From a bacterium (GTDB lineage Bacteria; Sysuimicrobiota; Sysuimicrobiia; Sysuimicrobiales; Humicultoraceae), in assembly GCA_041497675.1 (NCBI GenBank), contig JBGQGY010000037.1, positions 1 to 27,268 on the forward strand: 27,268 nucleotides of DNA. The letters are read 5' to 3'. Each line of letters opens with the position of its first letter. Position 1 is the stretch's first letter. The notes below the pieces were generated by a model, which was not told the origin of the DNA, ran no database searches, and worked only from the letters and a program-made list of their open reading frames with translations. The position numbers and the translations under genes are program-made. Positions 1 to 8,878 of this stretch are shown one piece after another.

Positions 1-261
1 ATTCGGGACACCTTTACAGCCGAGCAGAAGGCCGCCTTGGAGGTCGCCCGGCAGGAGTTCCAGTCGCGGGGCCGGCAGCAGCAACAGGGCGCGGCACCCG
101 GCGGGGTGGGCGAGGGCGGGCCAGTCGCGGGGCCGGCGGGCGCGGGGCCGGCGGGCACGGGCGGCCCGGCCGGAGCGGGGGTCAGCGACGAGCAGCGCGC
201 GCAGTTCCGTGCCCGAGCCTTTGAACGCATGATCCGTTACCTTGAACGTCGAATGAAATAG
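1..261 (+). CDS. 3' part of a hypothetical protein with a Gly/Ala/Pro-rich linker (5'-truncated)
   Basis: Frame 1 is open from base 1 (IRDTFTAEQKAALEVARQEFQSRGRQQQQGAAPGG...FERMIRYLERRMK) to TAG at 259-261. It has an LTxEQ-like FTAEQK motif and lies 34 bp upstream of the TolC-family gene on the same strand. Confidence 0.65.
   Translation: MRDTFTAEQKAALEVARQEFQSRGRQQQQGAAPGGVGEGGPVAGPAGAGPAGTGGPAGAGVSDEQRAQFRARAFERMIRYLERRMK
60..156 (+). repeat. Short direct repeats in a low-complexity coding linker
   Basis: CCAGTCGCGGGGCCGGC (17 bp) occurs at 60-76 and 121-137. GCGGGGCCGGCGGGC (15 bp) is in tandem at 127-141 and 142-156, encoding AGPAG-AGPAG. Confidence 0.8.
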
Positions 262-295
262 GCGTCACACCCACCTTCATTTTCGGGAGGAGTCG

Positions 296-1573
296 ATGCG
301 GCACACCGCACTCATCCTGGCGTTGCTGCTTGTCGTAGCCTTGTGGTATCCGTCGTCGTCGGCCGCTCAGACGCCGCGGCTGATGACGCTGGCCGAATTG
401 GTGACGTCCGCCGACCAGCGCAATCCAACGGTCGTGGCGGCCCGTCAGGCTGTGACGGCCGCTGAAGCTGGGGTGGCGCTGGCGAAGTCCGGCCGAGGCC
501 CTACGTTCACGGCGTCCGGCTCTACGGGAACCTCGGGCGGCGGGACCTCGACCACGACATCGGGATTCGGCGCGTCGGTGAGCATCGGTGCGTCCTACGT
601 GCTCTATGATAGCGGGCAGATCGCGTACGCGGTCAAACAGGCGGAGGCCAACCTCCAATCCGCCAAGTTCGCCCTCGAGGCGACGCGGCAGGACGTGTCA
701 CTGACCGTGGCGACGGGCTACATCAACGTGCTCACCGCCGTGCGCAACGTCACGGTCCGCGAGCAGGTGGTGGCACAGAATCAGGAACTGCTGCGTCTGG
801 CCGAAGGACAGTTTCGCGCCGGCGCGGTGGCGCGGGCCGACGTCGTGAGCGCACAGGCCAACCTCGCCACTGCCGAAGGCGACCTCATTGCGGCCCGCAA
901 CGCGGTGGACCAGTCCAAAGCGTCACTGAATGCGGCGATCGGGCAGGCCGCAGCGATGCCGGTGGCGGTTGCGCCCGCGCCGACGGTCCCGGCGCTCACG
1001 CTCACGCTGGCGAGCCTCGTGACATTTGTCGACGAGCGTCCCGAAGTCCGCAAGGCCATGGCCGACATCCTGGCGGCGACAGCGGCGCTGCAGCTGGCAC
1101 AGGCCGGCGGAGGGCTCCGGCTGATCCTCAATGGCGCCGTAACACGGGCCCAGGCGCCCACTGAACAAACGATCTACTCGGTCGGCGCGACGGCGAGCAT
1201 CCCGGTCTCGGACGCCGGACGCACCGACGCCAGCGTGGCACAGGCGAGCGCCAACCTGGAGGCCGCGAAGGCCCGTATCGAGACCGCGCGGTTGAATGCG
1301 CAACAGCAGAGTGTGCAGGCCTTCTTCAACGTCCAGAACGCTCAGGCCCGGATTGTCAGCACGCGCGCCGCGCTCGAGTTCGCCCTGGAATCGCTGCGGC
1401 TGGCGCAGGGGCGATACGCTGCGGGCGCGGGCACGCTGATCGAGGTGACGACCGCTCAAACGACGCTCCTGCAGGCGCAGGTCAACCTGGCCGCCGCGGA
1501 ATCCGACCAGCTCGCCGGGGTGGTCAATCTGCGATACGCCCTGGGCCGTTCTGTGGTCGCCGGGGCCCTGTAG
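296..1573 (+). CDS. TolC-family outer-membrane efflux protein
   Basis: GGGAGGAG SD and a signal peptide. Two OEP-like helical repeats (NPTVVAAR...P, LYDSG, VATGYINVL, AEGQFRAG...DV, RPEVRKA, AQGRYAAGAGTLIEV, LRYALG). Confidence 0.9.
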   Translation: MRHTALILALLLVVALWYPSSSAAQTPRLMTLAELVTSADQRNPTVVAARQAVTAAEAGVALAKSGRGPTFTASGSTGTSGGGTSTTTSGFGASVSIGASYVLYDSGQIAYAVKQAEANLQSAKFALEATRQDVSLTVATGYINVLTAVRNVTVREQVVAQNQELLRLAEGQFRAGAVARADVVSAQANLATAEGDLIAARNAVDQSKASLNAAIGQAAAMPVAVAPAPTVPALTLTLASLVTFVDERPEVRKAMADILAATAALQLAQAGGGLRLILNGAVTRAQAPTEQTIYSVGATASIPVSDAGRTDASVAQASANLEAAKARIETARLNAQQQSVQAFFNVQNAQARIVSTRAALEFALESLRLAQGRYAAGAGTLIEVTTAQTTLLQAQVNLAAAESDQLAGVVNLRYALGRSVVAGAL

Positions 1574-1671
1574 CCTGAAGGTAAACCTTTTGGGGCGGGG
1601 AACCGGTCCATAGACAAAGATGGGCATATACAGACAGTAGGTGGCAGGCATTCCTCCGAACGGGGTGGACT

Positions 1672-3087
1672 ATGCATAGGCGCCTGATCCCGCTGACCGT
1701 CGCGCTGTTTCTCGCAATCGGGATTTTGGCGCCGCCCGCCGGAGCCCAGCAGCCCGCAGAGTTCGGGCTGCCGCTGTTCGCCGAGGCGTACAAGGTCCTC
1801 CGCGAAGAAAGTCTGCTGTCGCCCACACCCGAGACGCTGCTCCGTGGCGCCGACACCGGGCTCCGCAACCTCCTCCGTGACGACGGACACCCGCCGTCCG
1901 CACTGGCGCCGCTGGCGCTCACCGGTGACGAGCGGGTCGACGTGGACCAGTTCGTTCACCGCATCGAACAAGTCCAGGGGATGTCCCGGCAGCGGCCGAT
2001 CAACGTCGTGTACGCCGCGGCGACCGCCATGGTGGCCGCGCTCCGCGAACCCAACAGCGTCTTCTACGGTCCCGACGCGTTCGCCCAGTTCATCCGCCGC
2101 ACCCGAGGCGATGACTTCGTCGGCGTCGGCATCGTCATCGAGGACAAGAGCGGGCAGGTCGTCATTACGGACGTCCTGGAAGACTCGCCCGCGAGTGAGG
2201 CCGGGCTGCGGCCCGGTGATGCGATCACGGCCGTGGATGGCACGACGACCACCGGGCGGACGCTAGAGCAGATCAGCCAGATGATCCGCGGCAACGAGGG
2301 GACGTCGGTCGTGCTGATGATCCGGCGGACCGGCGTCGAGCCGTCCCAGCCGGTCACGATGGTCCGCCGCCGCCTCCAGCAGCGGGTCGTGTCCACGCGG
2401 ATCCTGCCATCTGGTGTCGGGTATCTTCGCCTGACCCAGTTTACACAGGGATCTGCGGATCTGGTGGCGGCAGGTCTCCGCCAGTTGCTGCAAGATGGCG
2501 CGAGGGGTATGGTGCTCGACCTGCGCGGCAACCCCGGCGGTTTGCTCGAGGCCTCAGTCAACATCGCCAGCCACTTTCTCGAACGTGGGGTCGTGGTGAC
2601 GCTCGACTCCGGCCGCGGGCAAACGACGGCCTACACGGTACGGCCCCGCGATCCGAAGTACACGGGCCCGCTCGTCGTGTTGGTCGACCGCGGCAGCGCC
2701 AGCGCCTCCGAAGTCGTTGCGGGCGCCTTGCAGGATACCGGGGTGAAGCTCGTCGGGACACGCACCTACGGCAAGGCCACGGTGCAGGCCGTCTATCGCT
2801 TCCGCGACGGCAGCGGGCTGCGTCTGACGATTGCGCGGTACCTGACGCCCTCCGGACGAGATATTGAGGCCAACGGTCTGACACCGGATATCGAAATCAC
2901 GTCTGTCGGCGCGGCCATCGGCACGGCGGATGATGCACAGTTGAACCGGGCGGTGGCGGTGGTCCAGCAGGCGGCCGAGGCGCCGCGAGTGGCGCCCGCT
3001 GCGTACCGCGCACAGCGTCCCGCGATGCCCGCGCGGACCGTGCCCGCAGAACTGGTCGCGCGGGCCGCCGTGATCTGGCACGAGTAG
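1672..3087 (+). CDS. ctpA: Carboxyl-terminal processing protease (S41A family, PDZ domain)
   Basis: Signal peptide; PDZ motifs FVGVGI and SPASEAGLRPGD; DLRGNPGGLL; catalytic Ser in SASASE and Lys in TYGKAT; LTIARYLTPSG. Confidence 0.93.
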   Translation: MHRRLIPLTVALFLAIGILAPPAGAQQPAEFGLPLFAEAYKVLREESLLSPTPETLLRGADTGLRNLLRDDGHPPSALAPLALTGDERVDVDQFVHRIEQVQGMSRQRPINVVYAAATAMVAALREPNSVFYGPDAFAQFIRRTRGDDFVGVGIVIEDKSGQVVITDVLEDSPASEAGLRPGDAITAVDGTTTTGRTLEQISQMIRGNEGTSVVLMIRRTGVEPSQPVTMVRRRLQQRVVSTRILPSGVGYLRLTQFTQGSADLVAAGLRQLLQDGARGMVLDLRGNPGGLLEASVNIASHFLERGVVVTLDSGRGQTTAYTVRPRDPKYTGPLVVLVDRGSASASEVVAGALQDTGVKLVGTRTYGKATVQAVYRFRDGSGLRLTIARYLTPSGRDIEANGLTPDIEITSVGAAIGTADDAQLNRAVAVVQQAAEAPRVAPAAYRAQRPAMPARTVPAELVARAAVIWHE

Positions 3088-3134
3088 CTCAGGCGCGCCG
3101 CTACAGGAAATCCTCACCCATTCTCGGAACCTAG

Positions 3135-3170
3135 TCTACGGAGCGCGGTCTAACGGCCGCGCTCCGTAGA
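3135..3170. promoter_or_regulatory. Strong stem-loop directly upstream of the fdrA start (terminator, operator or translational control element)
   Basis: TCTACGGAGCGCGG (3135-3148) pairs perfectly with CCGCGCTCCGTAGA (3157-3170). The inner TC/GG pairs close a TAAC loop. It is followed by GTCTGTT-ATG. Confidence 0.6.
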
Positions 3171-3177
3171 GTCTGTT

Positions 3178-4944
3178 ATGGCGATTCTCGGGATCATTAG
3201 GCGTAGCGCCTACTTCGATTCGGTGGCCCTCATGCTCGCCCAGCGCGAAGCGCGGGGGCGGCCCGGCGTCGAAGAGATGGGTCTTGTCATGGCGACCGAC
3301 GCCAACAAGGCGCTCCTGCGCGAGAGCGGACTCGACTTTGCCGAGCTGGCGGGCGCCGGCCCCGACGATCTCGTCACCGTGGCCAGGGCCACAACCGCGG
3401 AAGCGGCGCAGGCGGCGATTGCGGCCGCGCAAGACTCTCTGACCCGGAAGCGCGCGCCCGCGGCGTCCGACACCTACCGTCCCAAGACGATTGCCTCGGC
3501 CGTCCAACAACTTCCACAGGCGACGTTGGCCGTCATCTCGGTGCCCGGCCGCTTCGCCAAACCGGTGACGCAGGAGGCGCTGGACGCCGGGCTGCACGTG
3601 CTGTTGTTCTCTGACAACGTGCCGATCGAGCACGAGATCGACCTCAAGGCACGCAGCCGTGCCACAGGGCTGTTGCTGATGGGTCCGGACTGCGGGACCG
3701 CACTCATCGGCGGTGCCGCGCTGGGGTTTGCCAACAAGGTCCGCTCGGGCTGCATCGGTCTCGTCGCGGCGGCCGGCACGGGTCTCCAGGAAGTCACCTC
3801 ACTGATTGACCGATTCGGCGGCGGGATCTCTCACGCGATCGGCGCCGGCGGCCGCGATCTCTCGACCGCGGTGGGCGGCGCCACCATGCTGCAGGGGTTG
3901 CGAACCCTCGCCCTCGACCTGCAAACTGAGGTCATCGTCTTGATCAGCAAACCGCCCGCGCCCGACGTGGCCTCGCGGCTGGTCGCCGCCGCGGGCGCGT
4001 GCGGGAAACCGGTCGTCGTCTGCTTCGTGGGCGCCGTGGTGCCGCCGGCACGCCACGTAGAGGGCGCCACGACCCTCGAAGACGCCGCGCGCGCCGCCGT
4101 GCGCCTCGGCTACGGGATCGATGTCCGGCCCCCGGTACTCCGATCGTTGCCCGCGCAAGAAGCCGGCCGGCTCGCCCGCGAGCAGACGTTCCTGCGCGGG
4201 CTCTACAGCGGCGGCACGCTGTGCTATGAGGCGCTCGTCTTGCTCCGCCGCTATGTCGGGCCGGTGTGGTCGAACATACCGCTGCGACCGGAGGAGTCGC
4301 TTGATCCGGTCACCCGCAGCCGCGAGCACACCGTGATCGATATGGGCGGCGACGCGTTCACCCAGGGCCGCCTGCACCCGATGATCGACCCGGCGCTCCG
4401 CGTGCAACGGTTGGAGCAGGAAGCAGCCGATCCCACCGTGGCCATTCTGCTGTTCGACGTGGTGCTGGGCTACGGCGCCCATCCGGATCCCGCCTCAGTG
4501 TATGGCCCGGTGATCGCCCGTCTTCAGGCGCAGGCCAGAGCCTCGGGACGGCATCTGAGCATTGTCGCGTCGGTATGCGGCGCCGAGGACGACCCGCAGG
4601 ACGCCGCGGCGCAGCGCGCCGCCCTGGTCGACGCGGGGGCGTTGGTCGAGGAGAGCAACGCCAGGGCCGTGCGTCTGGCCGGGCTCATCGCCCAAGCACA
4701 CGGCAGCCATGGCACGGCCTCCGAGCCACAGGTGATCGCCGCTGCGCCGCAGGCGCCGGTCTGGCCCGACGTCGATCCCGTGCTGGCGATGCTGCGCAAG
4801 CCACCGGCGGTGATCAACGTCGGCCTGGAATTGTTCACCGAGAGCCTGAAGGCGCAGGGTGTGCCCGTCGTCTCGGTCGACTGGCGGCCGCCGGCCGGCG
4901 GCAAACAGCACCTCCTTGACCTGTTGGACAAACTCGAGGCGTAG
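3178..4944 (+). CDS. fdrA: FdrA/AllF-like acyl-CoA synthetase family protein (SucD-like)
   Basis: YFDSVALM, MATDANK, ISVPG, FSDNV, MGPDCGTA, GTGLQE, GGRDLS, ISKPP, RGLYSGGTLCYEA, GRLHPMIDP (SucD-type phospho-His position), FDVVLGYGAHPDP and C-terminal VINVGL...DWRPPAGG. Confidence 0.9.
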   Translation: MAILGIIRRSAYFDSVALMLAQREARGRPGVEEMGLVMATDANKALLRESGLDFAELAGAGPDDLVTVARATTAEAAQAAIAAAQDSLTRKRAPAASDTYRPKTIASAVQQLPQATLAVISVPGRFAKPVTQEALDAGLHVLLFSDNVPIEHEIDLKARSRATGLLLMGPDCGTALIGGAALGFANKVRSGCIGLVAAAGTGLQEVTSLIDRFGGGISHAIGAGGRDLSTAVGGATMLQGLRTLALDLQTEVIVLISKPPAPDVASRLVAAAGACGKPVVVCFVGAVVPPARHVEGATTLEDAARAAVRLGYGIDVRPPVLRSLPAQEAGRLAREQTFLRGLYSGGTLCYEALVLLRRYVGPVWSNIPLRPEESLDPVTRSREHTVIDMGGDAFTQGRLHPMIDPALRVQRLEQEAADPTVAILLFDVVLGYGAHPDPASVYGPVIARLQAQARASGRHLSIVASVCGAEDDPQDAAAQRAALVDAGALVEESNARAVRLAGLIAQAHGSHGTASEPQVIAAAPQAPVWPDVDPVLAMLRKPPAVINVGLELFTESLKAQGVPVVSVDWRPPAGGKQHLLDLLDKLEA

Positions 4945-4960
4945 GCGGGGACGAGGTGTC

Positions 4961-6205
4961 ATGAGCGACATCAACTCGGCGAACACGGACGTGCTCAACC
5001 GCATCCTCGCGGCGCTGCCGGTGCTCGTCGGCGTCGGCCGCGCGCTCGACGTCATCCCGGGGATGCAGCCCAACATGATCCTCCACGCCGGCCCGCCCAT
5101 CGCGTGGACCCGGATGTCGGGCCCGCTGCGCGGCGCGGTCGTCGGCGGGCTGATCTTCGAGGGGTTGGCGAATACCGAGGTCGAGGCCGTGGCCTCGATC
5201 GAGCGGGGAGAGGTGCGCTTCGACTCCTGCCATCATCATGCCGCCGTCGGGCCGATGGCCGGTGTCACCACGGCCTCGATGCAGGTCTATGTCGTAGAGA
5301 ATCGCGCGTTTGGCAACCGGGCCTTCTCGAACCTCAACGAAGGCTATGGCAAGGTGCTGCGCTATGGCGCCTACAGCGACGACGTGCTGGCGCGCCTGCG
5401 GTGGATGAACGAGACACTCGGCCCGGCGGTTGACGGCGCCCTGCGGCGGATGGGCGGCCTTGACCTGAAGACCCTGATCGCCCGGCAGTTGACGATGGGC
5501 GATGAAGGTCACAACCGCAACATCGCCGGGTCGGCCACGTTTGGGCGGCTGCTCGCCCCGTCGCTGGCGCGCGTAGGGCTTGGCGGCGAGGCGCTGGAAC
5601 GCGTCCTCCGGTACTTCGCGGACAACGATCTGGCGGTCTTGAACCCGGTGATGGCCGCGTGCAAGGCAACGATGGACGCCGCCCACGGCGTGTCCGGGAG
5701 CACGGTGGTCACGTGTATGGCGCGCAACGGGACCGAGTTCGGGGTCCGCGTCTCGGGTCTGGGCGATCGCTGGTTTACCGCGCCCGCGGAGGTGCCGGTG
5801 GGTCTCTACTTCCCAGGATTTACGGCGGAGGATGCGAATCCCGACATCGGTGACTCGACTATCACCGAGACCGCCGGGATCGGGGCGTTTGCCATGGCCG
5901 CAGCGCCCGCCATTGTCAAGTTCATCGGCGGGACGCCGCGCGACGCCTTGACGTCGACGCTGGAGATGTATGAGATCACGGTGGGCGAGAACCCGGCCTA
6001 CGGCCTGCCCCCGCTCGACTTCCGCGGTACCCCCACCGGGATCGATATCCGCAAGGTCGTGCGCACCGGGATGACGCCGCGCATCAACACCGGGATTGCA
6101 CACCGGAAGCCGGGTGTCGGGCAGGTGGGCGCCGGGCTGGTGCGGCCGCCCATGGCCTGCTTCGAGCAGGCGCTCGAAGCGATGGCCGCGGCGTTGGGGC
6201 GGTAG
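4961..6205 (+). CDS. ylbE: YlbE/AllG-like DUF1116 protein, partner of FdrA
   Basis: Start moved to ATG 4961 (GAGGTG SD, in frame with ORF 4859). Motifs ILHAGPP, CHHHAAVGPMAG, NLNEGYGKVLRYGA, MGDEGHNRN, MARNG, PDIGDSTITET, TGIDIRKV and INTGIAH. Confidence 0.9.
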   Translation: MSDINSANTDVLNRILAALPVLVGVGRALDVIPGMQPNMILHAGPPIAWTRMSGPLRGAVVGGLIFEGLANTEVEAVASIERGEVRFDSCHHHAAVGPMAGVTTASMQVYVVENRAFGNRAFSNLNEGYGKVLRYGAYSDDVLARLRWMNETLGPAVDGALRRMGGLDLKTLIARQLTMGDEGHNRNIAGSATFGRLLAPSLARVGLGGEALERVLRYFADNDLAVLNPVMAACKATMDAAHGVSGSTVVTCMARNGTEFGVRVSGLGDRWFTAPAEVPVGLYFPGFTAEDANPDIGDSTITETAGIGAFAMAAAPAIVKFIGGTPRDALTSTLEMYEITVGENPAYGLPPLDFRGTPTGIDIRKVVRTGMTPRINTGIAHRKPGVGQVGAGLVRPPMACFEQALEAMAAALGR

Positions 6206-6273
6206 CGGCGATAGCCGGTTCTCGAAGGGATCGTCGTACTGCATCTGAACCGTACGAGCGAAGGAGGCGGACC

Positions 6274-7872
6274 ATGCAATCTATACGTATCGCCACGGGC
6301 GTGGTACTCGTGATGTTGCTGGTGCTCGTCGGCTCCTCGGTTCCCGGTACTGCGCAGCAGCCGCGTTCGGGCGGCACGCTGACCTATATCGTCACCGCGC
6401 TGCCGCCCTCGTTTGACGCGCACCGCGAAACGACGTTTGCGACCCTGCACCCGATCAAGCCGCATTACAACCTGCTGGTGAAGTTCGATACGCACAACTA
6501 CCCGAAGGTCGTCCCCGACCTCGCGGAGTCGTGGACGACGTCGAGGGACGGGATGACGTGGACCTTCAAGATCCGGCAGGGCGTGAAGTTCCACGACGGC
6601 TCGGTGCTGACATCCCGCGACATCAAAGCCTCGTTCGACCGGATCGTGTTCCCGCCGGAAGACGTGATCAGCATCCGTCAGGCGATGTACGGGGGCGTGA
6701 AGAGCATCGAGGCACCCGACCCGCAGACCGTCATTTTCCGTCTCAAGTGGGCGGTGCCCAGTTTCCTGGACAAGCTCGCCTCGCCGTTCAACTGGATGTA
6801 CAAGGCCGATATCCTGGCGCGCGACCAGCACTGGTACGAGCGCAACGTCATGGGGACCGGGCCCTTCAAGTTTGTCGAGTACGTGCGTGGGTCCCGGTGG
6901 GTAGCCCGCAAACATGAGGACTACTTCGATCGGGGCAAACCGTATCTCGACGGGTATGTGGCGCTGTTCATCTCGAGCCGCTCGGCGATGATGGCCGCGC
7001 TGCGCAGCGGGCAGGCGCTCATCGAGTTTCGCGGCGTCTCGCCCGCCGAGCGCGATGAGCTGAAAGCGGCGCTGGGTGACCGGCTTCAAGTGCAGGAAGG
7101 ACCGTGGCAGTGCAACCTGATCGTGGCCTTCAATACGAAGAAGAAGCCGTTCGACGACGTGCGCGTGCGGCGGGCGCTGACGCTGGCGGTCGATCGCTGG
7201 GCGGGCAGCCGCGCGCTCTCGCAGATCGCCTTCGTCGGACCGGTCGGCGGCGTCATGAGGCCGAAATCGGAGTTTGCGCTGCCGGATGCCGAGCTGATGA
7301 AGCTGGCCGGTTACAGCCGGGATATCCAGCAATCGCGGAACCAGGCGCGCCAGCTGCTCCGTGAGGCGGGCGTGCCGGAGAACTTCAGTTTCACCCTGCT
7401 GAACCGTGACGTCTCGATGCCCTATGAACCGGTCGGCGTCTATCTCGTCGATCAGTGGCGGCAGGTGGGGTTGAACGCCCAGCACTTCCAGGCCGAGACG
7501 GCCAAGTACCTTGCCACCCTCCGCGCCGGCACCTACGATGCCGCCGTCGACTTCGCCTGTGACTTTACCGACGATCCCGATGTCCAGCTGTCGAAATTCG
7601 TCTCTTCAGATGTGAGTCCGATAAACTACGGCAACTACATCGACCGGCAGCTCGATCTCATGTACTTCCAGCAGAGCCGCACGGCCGACAAGGCCACGCG
7701 GGCACAGGTCGTCCACCAGTTCGAGAAGCGGCTGCTCGATCAGCAGGTCTATGCGATGTACGTGTTGTGGTGGCAGCGAATCGTCCCGCACTGGAGACGG
7801 GTCCAGGGCTACAAGGTGACCACGAACCACTACGTCGAGCCGGACATGGCGGAGTACTGGCTCTCCGAATAG
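6274..7872 (+). CDS. ABC transporter substrate-binding protein, family 5 (module 1)
   Basis: AAGGAGG SD; signal peptide; PRSGGTL, PDLAESW, VKFHDG, GTGPFKF, PYLD and PFDDVRVRRAL. Confidence 0.93.
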   Translation: MQSIRIATGVVLVMLLVLVGSSVPGTAQQPRSGGTLTYIVTALPPSFDAHRETTFATLHPIKPHYNLLVKFDTHNYPKVVPDLAESWTTSRDGMTWTFKIRQGVKFHDGSVLTSRDIKASFDRIVFPPEDVISIRQAMYGGVKSIEAPDPQTVIFRLKWAVPSFLDKLASPFNWMYKADILARDQHWYERNVMGTGPFKFVEYVRGSRWVARKHEDYFDRGKPYLDGYVALFISSRSAMMAALRSGQALIEFRGVSPAERDELKAALGDRLQVQEGPWQCNLIVAFNTKKKPFDDVRVRRALTLAVDRWAGSRALSQIAFVGPVGGVMRPKSEFALPDAELMKLAGYSRDIQQSRNQARQLLREAGVPENFSFTLLNRDVSMPYEPVGVYLVDQWRQVGLNAQHFQAETAKYLATLRAGTYDAAVDFACDFTDDPDVQLSKFVSSDVSPINYGNYIDRQLDLMYFQQSRTADKATRAQVVHQFEKRLLDQQVYAMYVLWWQRIVPHWRRVQGYKVTTNHYVEPDMAEYWLSE

Positions 7873-7924
7873 ACGACAGCCGCATCCTCATGCGGCCTGA
7901 GACGTCTGTTCCAGGGACGCCGTC

Positions 7925-8878
7925 ATGAACCGGTACGTCCTCGCCCGGTTCCTGCTCATGCTTCCCACCCTCCTCGCGGTGGCGGTATTGATCTTCCTTC
8001 TCGTTCGCGTCGTCCCGGGCGATATCGTGGCGGTGCGGCTGGTGCTGGGCGGCTCGTACGTCACGCCGAGGGCCATCGAAGCCGAGCGCGCCCGGTTGGG
8101 GCTGAACAAGCCGTTGTGGAACCAGTTCACCGATTGGATGGTGGGGCTGGCCCGGCTCGACCTGGGAACGTCGATGTGGTCGGGCGAGCCGGTGGCGCGC
8201 GAGATCGGCCTTCGCCTGCAGTTGAGTTTGCAACTGGCGGTAATGGCGACGCTGATCGCGACGGCGGCGGCGCTGCCCCTTGGGACCCTTGCGGCCGTCC
8301 ACCGGGGGCGGTGGGTGGACCACGTGGTGCAGGTCGTGAGCGTGGCCGGTCTCGCGGTCCCGTCGTTCTGGCTGGGTATCCTGATGATCCTGTTCCTGCT
8401 GTCGGTCTTCCAATATCTGCCCCCGCTCACGTTCACGTCGCTGTGGGTCGACCCCAAGGCGAATCTGGCTCAGCTCATCTGGCCGGCATTGGCCGTCGGG
8501 TACCGCTACTCAGCCGTCGCGACACGCATGACGCGGTCGGCGCTGCTGGAAGTGCTGCGCGAGGATTACGTGCGAACTGCCTGGGCCAAGGGACTCTCTC
8601 ACAACGTCATCTTGCGCCGGCACGCCCTGCGGAACGCCCTGATGCCGGTCGTGACCGTGATCGGGCTGGAGTTTGCGTTCCTGATCGGTGGGCTCGTGGT
8701 GACCGAGCAGGTCTTCAACCTCAACGGCATCGGAAAGCTTATCGTCGATGCGATCAGCCAGCGCGACTATACGCTGATCCAGGGGCTGATGCTGCTGGTG
8801 GCGGTCGGCTACATTCTGATCAACTTTCTCGTCGATCTCGTATACGCGTGGATCGATCCACGTGTCGCTTACCAGTAG
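7925..8878 (+). CDS. ABC permease, DppB/OppB type (module 1)
   Basis: VPGD, DLGTS, PSFWLG, TRMTRSALLEVLREDYVRTAWAKGL, HALRNA and DPRVAY. Confidence 0.93.
   Translation: MNRYVLARFLLMLPTLLAVAVLIFLLVRVVPGDIVAVRLVLGGSYVTPRAIEAERARLGLNKPLWNQFTDWMVGLARLDLGTSMWSGEPVAREIGLRLQLSLQLAVMATLIATAAALPLGTLAAVHRGRWVDHVVQVVSVAGLAVPSFWLGILMILFLLSVFQYLPPLTFTSLWVDPKANLAQLIWPALAVGYRYSAVATRMTRSALLEVLREDYVRTAWAKGLSHNVILRRHALRNALMPVVTVIGLEFAFLIGGLVVTEQVFNLNGIGKLIVDAISQRDYTLIQGLMLLVAVGYILINFLVDLVYAWIDPRVAYQ

Noticed and set aside
1578..1591. AAGG-TAAA-CCTT-TT as a terminator after the TolC-family gene
   Set aside because: The stem is only 4-5 bp and too weak to call.
4859..4960. Upstream extensions of ORF-track starts for ylbE, Rid (9828), SBP3 (18142) and the enolase-family gene (22347)
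   Set aside because: They overlap upstream genes or SD sites. The downstream ATGs have better SD spacing or family-typical N-termini.
4835..7485. Long minus-strand ORFs (469 aa, 495 aa) and similar ones at 13953-15224, 18943-19953 and 22386-23414
   Set aside because: They are antisense shadows of well-supported GC-rich genes, with Arg/His/Gly-rich composition and no recognisable motifs.
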